From the NCBI GenBank assembly GCA_964016885.1, contig OZ024741.1, forward strand, positions 180,730,001 to 180,794,000: DNA of 64,000 bases. The letters are read 5' to 3'. Positions 40,275 through 52,689 of the stretch are shown in pieces. The translations under genes were made by a program, and so were the position numbers. Each line of letters opens with the position of its first letter. The first letter of the stretch is position 1. The notes beneath the pieces are model-generated. The model searched no databases, was not told the origin of the DNA, and worked only from the letters and a program-made list of their open reading frames with translations. The DNA is from Eledone cirrhosa (lineage: Eukaryota).

Positions 40275-40470
40275 ATGCTGTAAAGTGGTAGAGTTAGTAT
40301 CAATAAAATGCACTCATTCTATGCTGTAAAGTGGTAATGCTAGTGTCAGGATGAAATGCACCAATTCTATGCTGTAAAGTGGTAATGCTAGTGTCAGGAT
40401 GAAATGCACCAATTCTATGCTGTAAAATGGTTGTGCTAGTGTCATGATTAAATGCATCCAATACATGGTG
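40275..40470 (+). repeat. 48-bp tandem repeat (about 4 units)
   Basis: atgctgtaaa at 40321, 40369, 40417. Confidence 0.85.
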
Positions 40471-40513
40471 TAAAGTGATTGGCATCCAGTTGTAGAAACC
40501 ATGCTAAATAGAA

Positions 40514-42604
40514 TATGAGGTGTGTCAGAAAAGAAACAAGAATAGGGTCACAAAAAATAACAAAACTATATTTGAAATCCAAACTATTTGGTTGACCAAA
40601 AAGTGTGTTCTGTTTTTTATGCAAAAATAAGACTCAAGTTTTAAACACAAACCGATTTATTCAATCAATGATATAATTACAGTTTTTAATATCTTCTATC
40701 TTGTGGGCAGATCCATTATTTCTTACCCAAAGAATTTCCTGTATTCATTAGTGAAAAACTCTTTCAGGTGAATTTTTACATCCTCTTCAGAGTTGAAGGT
40801 CTGTCCATTCAACGATTTTTGAAGAAACCGAAACAGGTGAAAATCTGAAGGCACAAATGTCAGGCGAATATAGAGTTTGCCGCAAAACTTCCCAGCCAAA
40901 CCCCAGTAACTTCTCCTACATCTAAAACAAAGTGTGTGATCTGGCATTGGCATGATGCAAACAATACACTTATGATTAGTAAGTGCTGGATGATTTTGGT
41001 AGATCACTGTATTTAATTTGTCCAGCTGGTCTCAGTACACATCTGAATTGATGATCCTGTCCATGAGAAGAAGCTCGTAAAAGACCATATCCATCCAATT
41101 CCACCAAATTGAAAGCATAACCTTCTAGTCAAGTCTTGCTTTGGAGGTTGTTTGTGGTGGTTAACCACACTTCCCCCATGATCCTTTGCGCTCCCATTGT
41201 TCACCCCTGTTACCATTCTCTTAAATAAAGTATCGTTTTCTTCATGTTTCCGCAAAGAATTGTGGATGGAAATCCGTTGGGGAAAGTTAGCCTTATTCAA
41301 TTGGTGTGGAACCCAAACATTTAGCCCGTTGACATAACCAAATTGATGTAGATGGTTTTAAACATTCGATTTGATATTTTGAGAATATCTGTGATCATTC
41401 TGTTCATATAATGGGGGTTGGTGTTGAATAACTCCTCCATTTTGTCACTATTAATCTCAGTTGGCTGGCCAGAATGAGGTGCATCTTGGGCCAAAAAATT
41501 TCCTGATGGAAATCTTGAAAACCACTTCTAGCCCACATGTTCTGTAACAGCATCCTTCTCATACACAGCTCATATTTTCCTGCAGGTTTCTGTCACTTTC
41601 CTGCCTTTTTAAAAATAAAAAGTATGAGGTGTTCTCCGTTTTCAGGATGATTCCAAGCACACAAAAGACAACTGTCATAACAGAAGTTCATATTGAACTA
41701 TGTTGAAGTGCTAAGTATCTAGTGAGAGCACATTATCAAAGTACAGACAGCAGTTAACTACTTTTAGAGTATTTGAAGTTTAGTGTCGACAAAAACCAAA
41801 CAGACATTTTGGCCAACCCAATACAAACTACAAATTTTTCCCTTCGAAATAATCCCCCTCGAATCTAATGCATTTTCCTATCCTTCTCTGCCATGCCTCT
41901 ATGCACTCCTGGAAGGATTCTCCCAGGATTCTCTGCAGCTCTATCATCATGGCCCTTTTGATGGCTCCCTCATTCAGAATATGGATCCTTCTCAAAGATC
42001 CATGAATTATCTCTGGTGATGACTTACCCCAACAAGTCTGGTTTGATTTCAAGTTTCTCAAGGATGACCTAGCACACCTGCATCAGGTCATCATTTAGCA
42101 GCTTTAGTACCATTGTCGCGCAGATACTCTGCATGCTCAAATCTCTGGTGATAATCTTCGAAATGCAGTTGACTCATTTGCAATCAGTCAAACAGTCAGC
42201 CATGCACCACCTACCTCATGCACTCAACATTGGCCTCAGTCATGCTCGTTGAAGGCCATCCACTTCTCGGGTTTTTCACCTTTTATTCCACTCACAAACC
42301 ATGTGCACGACATTGTCTCCTTTCCATACACTTGCTGCAGTATTCCGAGTGCTTCTGACAGTTTTCCCCAGCTGGACCAGAAACTTCAGGCTGGTTCGTT
42401 GCTTTGTGCCCATCGCGCGATGACCTAAAATTGAGGAACTGTTAACAAAAGCACGTGAAAATTCAATGGGTGCAAAGAGCTGAAATCACAGTTATATAGC
42501 CATCAGATATTATGTCAGACGGTGACGCAACCCACTAATCCATACCCCACTCATAGTTCATACAGCACACTATGACCTGTTACTTTTCTGACACATCTCT
42601 TTTA
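40514..42604 (-). mobile_element. Outer mariner element (degraded), hosting a second mariner
   Basis: TIRs tgaggtgtgtcagaaaag / cttttctgacacatctc; ORF 41828..42061 FQECIEAWQRRIGKCIRFEGDYFE is a mariner transposase C-terminus. Confidence 0.8.
40585..41823 (-). mobile_element. Near full-length mariner transposase pseudogene with TIRs and TA ends
   Basis: TIRs tatttggttgaccaaaa / ttttggccaacccaata; 1.24 kb; fragments LFKRMVTG, PSDFHLFRFLQKSLNGQTF; frameshifted. Confidence 0.9.
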
Positions 42605-43441
42605 TGAGCAAGACGAGGTCATCTGTCCTGACTAGTCTCAGCATGGAAAATAAATATTAAATGATAGCCGAGGTTAACTTTGCCTTTCATCCTTACCGGT
42701 TAGATAAAATAAAGTACCAGTAATGCACTGGGTAATTGCTGGCCTTGTGCCAAAAGTAGAAACAATATATAGAGTTTTCCTGATTAAAAAAAAAATTCTT
42801 ATTTTAGTTACTTACTGATGGATTTATTTATATTCTATAATTGTGTATTTATGCATAAATTCAGAGTTGTTAACTCTGCCACTACTGCTGCTGTTGTTGA
42901 CATTGTTATTGATGTGTATCCCTAACTCGTCCCTAGGTGGACAGAGCTCTAATCTAAAGCTGTAACAATTTATATTCTGCACAGTTGTGTCTGACCATGT
43001 TGTGTTTGTTTGTTTTTTTAAAGATTGTAGGATGTTTGTTTTGAGAGAGATTTTGTTTTGAGAGAGATTTTTAGTTTGAGTTTCCGCCTAGAAACCTACC
43101 TATTCCATGACTTAGTGTATTTGTGTAATACATATACAGAGTGGACAGAAAAGACAATAAAATGTGATAACTCGTTACTGAAAAGAAATACAATGTAAAT
43201 CCAGTAAAAGAAATTGGGTTACAGTAACTTTATTATGCAGTCGATTAGCAAAGGGATGGACAAATGACTGGTACTGCTTGTTCCTACCCTTTGCATTTTG
43301 TGTCCAAATCCTGCCGTGGTCAACCTTATTTTCATCCTTGTAGGATCAATAAAATAAAGTAATAGATAGATAGGATGGATGAGTAGAAGAATCCACCTGT
43401 TGTTTGATTTTAAATTAACCCTGGTGGAACAGATTTATGAT

Positions 43442-43678
43442 CAACTCTTTTGATATCAACCCACTGCAAACTACCTCTGGTTTTATGAAACAAAAACATC
43501 ATATTAAAAGGGTTCTTATTTAAATTAAAATCTTACTGCATAATTTGATATAAGAACCTTCTGTTAAGTTACAAATACCATCTTAATGAAATTATAATTT
43601 TAGTAAATCCTTTAAAATTGACATAGATTTATTCAGATACAGTGTATCATATTAAAAATATGCTCATAACAGGGTTAA
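43442..43678 (+). mobile_element. TTAA MITE family 2 copy
   Basis: caactcttttgatatcaac ... ataacagggttaa; opposite-orientation copy at about 44025-44280. Confidence 0.55.
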
Positions 43679-44389
43679 AGATATTAGTCATGCCTATCTC
43701 ATCCAATCTTTTTTTTTTTTCATTTCTATTTTACGGTACAGTATACTGTGGATTACATTATCTAATGTGTTTGTACTAAGATGGTAGTGTTTACTTCAAG
43801 TAAAATTTGGCTTCTATATCTAGTAGTAAATTAGTGTCTATATAGAGGTTACCTCATTGATTAGAGAAATCATTGTAGAACTGCAAAGTAGTACATCTGA
43901 GATGTTTTGATTTTTTAGATTTCTATAATGTTGGATTTCCATATGTATGTAGATGGAGCCTCTACCTAATCACTTGACTTGTTATAAATAGTAGCCACTC
44001 TCCCTCAAGTCACTCCTTATTGTTTTAATCCTTTCTAATAAAATACACTGCCTATGCATTTCAATAAATTTTGAAAATAAACAAAAGTTTGGAGAATTTA
44101 ATAAAATAACTAAATTTTTCATTAGTAAGCTAATGTTGGAACATTATTTTACAAAAATTTAAATAAAATTATGATGGAAAATTTTAATATTAAAATGGGT
44201 AGTTTTGTATTATAAAACTAGGGTAGTTTTGTATTATAAAACTAGGGCAGTTTCAGGCAGGCTGGTATCAAAACGGTTAAAATAAATAGGTTAATCACGG
44301 CTGGATTATCTTTGGTTATAGGTCTACTGTATCAAGGATGACATGGAGTTAAGCAACATCAGTAACTTCATTATGTAGCTGATTGGCAA

Positions 44390-44970
44390 TGGCAGCTAAC
44401 ACAACATCAAACCAGCTCAGCCTCTGCCCTGTGAATGTCCATCTTTCTCTCCCCTCCATTAATGTCCAGTCTCCCCAAAACAAATGGGACGCCATCCTTT
44501 GCAATATGATTTTAGACAGGCTGGTGCGCCAGCTTGACTGGCACCATCTAGCATGTTTCCGCTCGGCCTCCCAATCCTATAGTGGTGCCTGGCTTAACAC
44601 AGTTCTATCATGTGTGACTAGCACTCAGCTGGACAGTGACTGCCCTTACATTGGTGTTTCCCTGTGAGCCTCATAAATACTGCTGTGATACCACTGTCGA
44701 TCCTTTTGGTCTCCACCCCTTGTCATGCAATTACAGTGCTGGCTGCCTCCCATACCATGCTGCTCTCAACGAGATCATAAAGCATGGCCTGGATGGCACA
44801 GGCTTCCCTTCACAGCTTGAGCCAATAGGGTTGGACTGAGGGGACGGCAAAAGGCCAGATGGCATTACAATCTTCCTGCTATCAGAACAGAGTTGGCTGC
44901 CTGCAGGTGAAACCCCTGTGAGGTGAAGTGGTAATTCCAGTGCATCTCCCTCAGCATCCTCCTGTCAGCC
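44390..44970 (+). mobile_element. CRE-like non-LTR retrotransposon fragment (zinc knuckle + RLE start)
   Basis: SGAWLN..., CCDTTVDPFGLHPLSC..SAG...HAALNEII..., LEPIGLD*GDGKRPDGIT; stop and frameshift present. Confidence 0.8.
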
Positions 44971-45987
44971 AAGACCAAGAGGCAGAGGGTAAGTTAGTTG
45001 GAGGTGGAGGATACTTGTTCGGATACCACACATTTCCTCTTCTCACCCTACTTTCACTCACTCCATCTCTCTAGTACTACTTTGGTTACTAATGTATATG
45101 GAAATTATTACAATGGTGTTCCCATCACCATTCTTGTTTCTATTTGCAATGATTTATGTATTTCCACTCCCTATGAAATTCTTTTCAACAAATTCTAGAA
45201 CAATCCTTTTATACAAGGGCAGAGCGAGAATGGGTGGGAGATATGTGGAGAAGTTGGGGAGGCTTTTATAGTTTCATGTGAAATAAATTACACTTGCAGG
45301 AATATATGATCTGAAGTGTTCACTGTTTGTTGTGTTGTGTTGGTGGTGGGTGGTTGGAATTGTAGAGGTGATGGTGATTTCAGTGGTGATGGCAACCACA
45401 TAGTTGATAGAAGCAGAGCTGGGATATGTATGGTCTGGGTAGGTAGGTAGGTAGGTATTGCTTGTTATCTTGATTTACTGTTGTTACTCTTCAATTGCTG
45501 GGGAAGAAATGTCAAACAGGGCATTAACTGTGTCTGATAAACATAGCTAAGTGGTGGTGGTGGGGTTATATATATATATGTGTGTGTATGTGTGCATGAG
45601 TGTGTGTGTGTGTACATCAGTTTATAATTTTATGTGAGAGTGGTGTGATGCATCCTGCCCTTTACATGTGTTGAAAGACAGGCCAAAATTTGTGTATAGA
45701 AAAAAATAATAATAAAGGAACAAACTTTAGTAACCTTATTGTCTATGAAACCTCCTCCTTTCTCTCTCCCTCCCTCAATACCCATGAGGGATTCTTTACC
45801 CTGGTGGTGATTAAACCCTAGGGAAAGGATATACTGCCCAGAAATCTGTAAAACTGTAGGAAAAAAAGATGTATATAAAATGCAACACCATCATAACCAT
45901 CAACATTATGATCACCACCACCATCATTGTCCTCCCTAACATCATCATCGTTATCGTCATCACCATTATCACCATTATCACCATTAA

Positions 45988-46148
45988 CTTCATCATCATC
46001 ATTACACCTTTAAAGTCTTTGTCTTAGCATATCATCTTTTGAGATAGTTTGGTAGGGATCATCTCTTCATCATCATCATTACACCTTTAAAGTCTTTGTC
46101 TTAGCATATCATCTTTTGAGATAGTTAGTTTGGTAGGGATCATCTCTT
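45988..46148. repeat. Tandem duplication of about 78 bp
   Basis: cttcatcatcatcattacacctttaaagtc...gggatcatctct occurs twice. Confidence 0.9.
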
Positions 46149-48306
46149 TTAAACTCTTTCATCATATTTCTAATAAAAGACTTATAATTTTTAAATCATC
46201 TTGAAAATAATCACAAATTTTCTCACAATTTAGTTTGTATTTGGAGCAGAGCTTAACAAAGGTTCTTACACAAAATAATAAGAGAATGTTTTTAGATAAA
46301 TATAAATATTTAAAATAAACAGCTTTGAATCCCAGAACCAGTAGCAGTTTTAAGCATTTTGGTATCTAAAAGCTTAAACTACAGCCAGACCTCAATCATC
46401 CAAATGAGACAAAGAGGATAGTATTTTGTTTGTGTAACTAATCTGATTATAAAAAAAATGAAGCCATACTGATTGTAATTATATACAAAAGCCTTGTTTC
46501 CAGAGATTTTATGTCATTCAGTAAAATGTGTACAAAGATGGAATACTGATAATGATAACAAAAAGGTTCTTACATAAAATTGCAACGGAAGGTTTTAATT
46601 TACATATAAACACTTAAAACCTTTTAATATCAGGTCATCTGAGACTGCTTCTACTTCTTTGATAAAAAGATCTCCCAATTTCACTTATTCATACTTTTAC
46701 ATTAAAACCATCCATTATAATTTTATGTAAGAATTTGTTTTTATGAAACCATGTTCCAAAATATCAGCTTAATGTAGAGCAGCAAGAAATCATTCTCAAA
46801 TTCTTGCTTTATTTTCAAAATTAATTGAAACACATAGATAGTGTATTTTATTACTAACTAGTGGATTAGTATCATAAATAATTATGGCAATACTGTTGAA
46901 TGTATTTAATTTTTGGAGTCTAGGATTGGCGTGCCATATTTTCCAGAGTTACTGGATATATAAATAATCATACAAATGGGAGGTTCGCTTTTTGATCAAT
47001 TAATGATATAATTTATGTTGATTACTAACACATTGGAGTAATTAAAGATAAGAATGATATTTTAATATCAAATGACATACAGGATTAAATTTATGAGCAA
47101 CTTTGGAGAAATAATTATTTATACGGATACATGTAGGTTTAGAACCCCAGATCTTGTGATTGGAAATTGCACTTCTTATTGTAGCAGGGTGGTGTATATA
47201 TATGTGTAAATTGTAAAGAGCTACAGATGGATATATATATATAAATATTAATGTCTAATTTAAGCACAAGGCCAGCAAATTTTAGGGAAAGATGATTAAA
47301 TCATTCTCAGTACTTGACTTTATTGACCCCAGAAGGATGAATGGCAAAGTTGGTTTCGGCAGGATTTGAACACAGAATATAAACACCACAATGGCATTTT
47401 ATCCAATTCTTTACCAATTCTGCCAATTCACCATCCTTATGGCTTCTGATTTTGGCACAAGGCCAGCAATTTTTGTCTGGCACTCTAACAATTCAGTAGA
47501 TCTACCACCGAAATGTACATAGTGTTTGCTGAAATAAATCTTTGAAGGAATTTCACCAGTCCAGCCTCCTGTCATTTTACTCAAAATAATATATATACAT
47601 ATATATATGTATATATATATATACAAATGTGCATTGTGTACTATTATGGTTGATATGATAATCAAAGTGTTTTAAAACAGACAGGTATTGTATCATAACA
47701 TCTGACAATGTCGCAGGCAACTTATGTATTAAAAGTGTTAACATTTTCTTCACTAGCCTATTTCACTCTAACTGCTTGGTAATACATAATGAAGTTGTTA
47801 CTACAGTTTTGGATTAAATACCATGCACTATTTGATCCTGTACTCAGCATTCTGAGTTCATAACCCATCAACATCAACTTTGCCTTCCATCCCTCTGGGA
47901 TCAATAAATTAAGCACCAGTCCGATGGGCAGTGGACTGGCAGGATTGGTCAAACATCAGACAGGATGTCTTACAGTATTTGTTTTAGCTCTATGTATTCT
48001 AGCTTTAAAACTGCACCTCTTGTCACCAGAAAAATGGTGACACAACAGGACTTCCCTCCCCTCTATATAAATACTTTAAAGAGATATTCTAGGGGGGCAG
48101 TGAAACATGCACAGGCATGAGCCATAACACCAGCAACTACACTACCATCAACAACACCAATACTATCACTACCAACAATAATAACTATAAAACATCAAAT
48201 CAATGCCATCACCAGAACTGCAGCACTACTACCAACAACAACAATAAAAACAACACCTCCAATATCAACAACAATACATAATGTTTTTTATATTCTTTCT
48301 TTTCAG

Positions 48307-48359
48307 TGGTTGGTGTTGGATCTTGGTGCTTTCACATGACACTGCTCTACAGTATGCAG
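48307..48359 (+). CDS. ACER3: Alkaline ceramidase 3 orthologue, next exon (equivalent to human coding exon 3; SxxxH zinc-site motif)
   Basis: ttctttcttttcag acceptor, GT donor; 53 bp, phase 1/0; joins in frame to 14688 giving (M)VGVGSWCFHMTLLYSMQ vs recalled human VVGMGSWCFHMTLKYEMQ. Confidence 0.95.
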
Positions 48360-48489
48360 GTACTAAAAAAATATTTTTATCTCTTTTCTCTCTCCCTCCC
48401 CTCTCATTCACACACCATCTTCCTCTCTCTCTCTGACTTTCTCTTTCCTTCTTACCCATCTCTCTGATATTTTATATATATATATATAT

Positions 48490-49640
48490 GGCCGGTGCTC
48501 TGGTGCAATAAGTAGCAGCAAGTGCCCACAAAATACTAGCTCATTCAACTGCGCAGAGGGCTCTATAGAAATAGTGGACAGCTTCCGTTACCTGGGTGAC
48601 AAAATCAGCAGTGGGGGAGGGTGCTCTGAAAGTACAGTAGCTAGAGTCAGAACTGGATGGAAAAAGTTCAGAGAACTTATACCACTATTAGCCGCTAAAG
48701 GGTTCTCCCTAAAAATGAAAGGCAGGTTGTATGATGCTTGCATACGAACAGCAATGTTGCATGGCAGTGAGACCTGGGCATTGTGTGCAGAGGATATACG
48801 CAGATTAGAGAGGAACGAAGCTTGCATGCTCCGCTGGATGTGTAATAGTAATATACGTGAACGGCAAAGCATAAACGAACTAAGGAAAAAATTAGAAATA
48901 AGAGGGATCAGATGTTGTTTACTCGAGAGAAGGCTACGTTGGTATGATCACGTGATGCGCATGAAAGACGACAGCTGTATAACAAAGTGCAGGGCAATAA
49001 AGATAGATGGTAGCCACGGAGTAGGCAGACCCAGGAAAACCTGGGACGAGCTGATAAATTCCGACCTCACACACTTACACCTCTCCAAGACAATGTCACT
49101 GGACTGAGACCTTTGGCGGTACTCAGTAACAGAGAAGACCCGCCTTACCTAAATACAAAGTAAAACCTAATAGTCAGTAGGCATCTCTAACAAAATTCAT
49201 CCCCGTCCCACCCCATCCACACCGCCCCCTTCAATGCAAATTTATGTTGGTGTCACAACATCCAGGCCGAAATAAACGAGATCGTGTAGGTGTCACGACA
49301 AAAAAACACACAGTCCACACTGTAATGTGACCGTGTAGGCAAGACAGTAAAAACCTCCCAGTCCCACACTGTAAATGTGGTTGGTGTTAGGAAGGGCATC
49401 CAGTTGTAGAAAACACGCCAGACAGTCCACGCTGTAATGTGGCCATGTAGGCAACACGGTAAAAACCTCCCAGCCCCACACTATAAATGTGGTTGGTGTT
49501 AGGAAGGGCATCCAGCTGTAGAAAACCCGCCAGACAGTCCTATGCGAGCAAGACAACCACTCTTGCCTCAAGTGGGAAAACCCCCGTCCAAACCCATGCA
49601 AGCATGGAACAGGGACGTTAAACGATGATGATGATGATGA

Positions 49641-49643
<3 letters not shown>
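48490..49643 (+). mobile_element. 5'-truncated RTE-clade LINE with 3' UTR and (GAT)n tail, in (TA)n
   Basis: ORF 48574..49107: FRYLGD, MLHGSETW, MLRWMC, RRLRWYDHVMR, GRPRKTW; internal ~120-bp duplication in the UTR. Confidence 0.92.
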
Positions 49644-49680
<37 letters not shown>

Positions 49681-49683
<3 letters not shown>

Positions 49684-49872
49684 AAAAAGTATGACCCCAA
49701 TGGCAGAGCTCAAGCCGTTTCGACGGCTATTTCTGTCCAGAAATAGCCGTCGAAACGGCTTGAGCTCTGCCGTCGGGGTCATACTTTTTCCTATTTCCCA
49801 CTCTACTACCCTAAGTATTGAGTACTCTGGTGCGTTATGGTCCATTTGGTTCCTTACCACAATTCCTTTGTT
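49681..49872 (+). mobile_element. Fold-back hairpin element in (TA)n, copy 2 (divergent subfamily)
   Basis: 55-bp arms 49681-49735/49738-49792 with two CpG-type mismatches, plus tail. Confidence 0.8.
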
Positions 49873-50019
49873 ATATATATATATAATGGTTTGATTAAAA
49901 TAACGGAAGGCCGGACTGGTGATATTCCTTTAAAGTTTTATTGTTGTAAAAACCCTATATTTGATTCAGCGGTGATCTGCAACCTAGGTATTATTGTTGC
50001 CACAGACCCCCCCCCCCCC

Positions 50020-50105
50020 AATATCTCTGAAGAAGTGACAACTACGCAAGCAGCGATACATAGGTATTCCGTCTGTTACAGAAACATATGTCAATACCTA
50101 ATAAA
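50020..50105 (+). ncRNA. Degenerate type-I hammerhead ribozyme-like motif
   Basis: CTGAAGA at 50027, stem II gtgaca/tgttac, GAAAC-ATAT-GTC, then aataaa; stem I pairing is poor. Confidence 0.4.
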
Positions 50106-50832
50106 TTCCTTTTTTAAAAAAAAGCACTTTCATTTTATATTCATCTTTTCTACATTTTCTCCGGAATATAATTTATACTCGTTCAGCAAACCTACACGTA
50201 CGCTGTTCATCTCTAACGTAACGATATATTATCACTACATTATTGATAACCTGAAATTTTATATATATATATATATATTTATAAATTTATTTATAAATAT
50301 ATAATAAATTGAAGTGACAGCAACTGGTGCGTGTGTTTCTTATTGGCAACATGACCCTCCCAAAGTATAACAATATATATATATATATATGTAAATATAT
50401 ATATATATGTAAATGTATATATATATATATAAATTAATAAAATAATGAATAAACAAAGAAACAGTTCCTTATATTAAAAAAATTCATCATTTTACGATCG
50501 TTTCTAGGATATATATGTGTTAGAGTTGGTATGCATATTCTATAGATCTATGTACAATATTTATACAACCTATCAGAGGGAATATACATACCTACACATA
50601 TATATGCTGTCTTCAGAAATAATGATATTTGTTTATTGAAAAAAACAAAGATTCAATACAATAGGTCTGTTTGGGAACAGGTTTTGAATTGACCAATAGA
50701 GAGATAGTGAGGGTCAAGATAGTAATATAGTAGTAGAAGAACCTTAAATTATGGGTAGAGGAAGGTAGATTTCAGTTTTGGATGGAAAAGAATATTATGA
50801 ATGAAGGATTATTTTAGGGAAGAAATAGACTT

Positions 50833-50846
50833 GTATATATATATAA

Positions 50847-50890
<44 letters not shown>

Positions 50891-51021
50891 GTATATATAT
50901 ATATATATATATATAAATGTATATATATATATATAAATGTATATATATATATATAAATGTATATATATATATATATAAATGTATATATATATATATATAA
51001 ATGTATATATATATATAAATG

Positions 51022-51063
<42 letters not shown>

Positions 51064-51086
51064 TATAAATGTATATATATATATAA

Positions 51087-51152
<66 letters not shown>

Positions 51153-51172
51153 GTATATATATATATATATAT
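50833..51172. repeat. 340-bp (TA)n tract punctuated by aaatgt
   Basis: Direct inspection. Confidence 0.95.
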
Positions 51173-51262
51173 GTAGGAGGTGAGTTTTATTGTAACACAA
51201 TAAAGCAATGCAAATATCGGATAAGTAGCACTCTACAGCTTGTAGGACTGGAGTATAAATAA

Positions 51263-51595
51263 TATAAGATTAAAAGATGGTTAAAAGAGTTCCAAGTATT
51301 TTATTATGCGCATTTCAAAAACAAATATCATCATGAGATGACATCTGCGTTTTCAGCAGATAAAATAGGGATACATGATATGACGGTTGAAAAACACTTG
51401 TGACTAGTGAAGTTTTAAATCAACATATCATATGTTGATTTAAAACTTCACTAGTCACAAGTGTTTTTCAACCTTCATATCATGTATCCCTATTTTATCT
51501 GCTGAAAACGCAGATGTCATCTCATGATGATATTTGTTTTTGAAATGCGCATAATAAAATACTTGGAACTCTTTTAACCATCTTTTGATCTTATA
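51263..51595. repeat. Near-perfect 333-bp palindrome (166-bp arms), Penelope-like end with decayed hammerhead
   Basis: Centre at 51429; about two mismatches; right arm contains ctgaaaacg...tgaaatgcgcata-ataaa. Confidence 0.9.
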
Positions 51596-51708
51596 AGAAT
51601 ATTTAAAATCATACCTTATCGGTTGGATATTCTCTGGATAGTATCCAGAGAATATCCAACTGATAAGGTATGATTTTTATGGGTATGTCTCTATAAAACA
51701 AACTTTTG

Positions 51709-51771
51709 TATTTTATCTGAGGAAAGCGTACCAATGTGTCTTGGTACCCTTGAAATATATATAATAAAATA
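51709..51771 (+). ncRNA. Minimal type-I hammerhead ribozyme (Penelope/retrozyme type)
   Basis: Stem I tattttat/ataaaata, CTGAGGA core, stem II aagcgtacca/tggtaccctt, GAAA, palindromic stem III atatatat, predicted AUA cleavage after 51763. Confidence 0.72.
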
Positions 51772-51934
51772 GATATGGTTTTATAAATATAGTTTCCATT
51801 TATTTAATATCATTGAATATTTACTCCACTAATCTGTTGAGTGCTCTAAATCAGTTATAAACATTTATATTTGTCGGACTTCCAACAAATTAAATACCCC
51901 TTCTACTTATATTATATATATATTTATATTTATA

Positions 51935-52425
51935 TATATAAATAAATAATTACAACAGTGACATAAACAGGTGCTCAAGTTTCATTGGGTTCTGGGCCCC
52001 AACTCATTCAGCCTGTCATGAGAAAAATATAAATAAAAATGAGTTGGGACCCAGAAACCCAACAAAACTTAAGTACCTCTTTATATCACTGTTTATATAA
52101 TCATTTATACTAAACTCGTCCTTGCTCTTACCCTTGGATATTTGCATCTAACTTTTACTACAGTAACCAGCTCCAGAAACTTATTGTGACCAGCAGATTC
52201 TTACACGAGTGTACGATTGGCAAACTGTTGAGATCTCTATATATTCGAGTAAAATTAAAGAGGAGTTTGTTTTTATTTTTCTCATGTCCGGCTGAATGAG
52301 TTGGGGCTCAGAACCCAACAAAAACTTGAGTACCTGTTTATGTCACTGTTGTAATTATTTATACTAAACTCGTTCTATGGACTGGTCTTACCCTTGGATA
52401 TTTGCACTTTTACTACAGTATATAT
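51935..52425 (+). mobile_element. Penelope-like inverted + partial-tandem element with degenerate hammerhead
   Basis: Segment gagttggg...cccaac...acttgagtacctgtttatgtcactgt occurs once inverted (about 51955-52020) and twice direct (about 52040, 52298). Confidence 0.65.
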
Positions 52426-52689
52426 ATCTATTATATTCTCATTTATGTCTCTATCAGTTCTCTCTTACTCTCTTCCTCTTTAACAGTCTCCCACTCTCTC
52501 TCACTGTTTTTACTATTCTTTTTTGTTTTTGATCTTTTTTCCTCCTAATTTATTCTAATAAAACTAATATTTAATTAATCTAATTTTATCTTGACCAATT
52601 TTTATTTTATTTTATGTTATTTTGCTTTTTCTAGCAATTCATTTGTTTAATCTAAATGTTTAATTTGATTGCTGTTTTTGAGATATATC

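Noticed and set aside
48574-49107. 177-aa ORF as a possible host gene
   Set aside because: It is the C-terminal part of an RTE LINE ORF2, 5'-truncated, with several decayed paralogues in the window
50795-51208. Long YI-repeat ORFs, and CV/HT-repeat ORFs at 1328-2012, 10465-11227, 21385-21717, 60897-61473, 62430-62727
   Set aside because: Dinucleotide microsatellite artefacts
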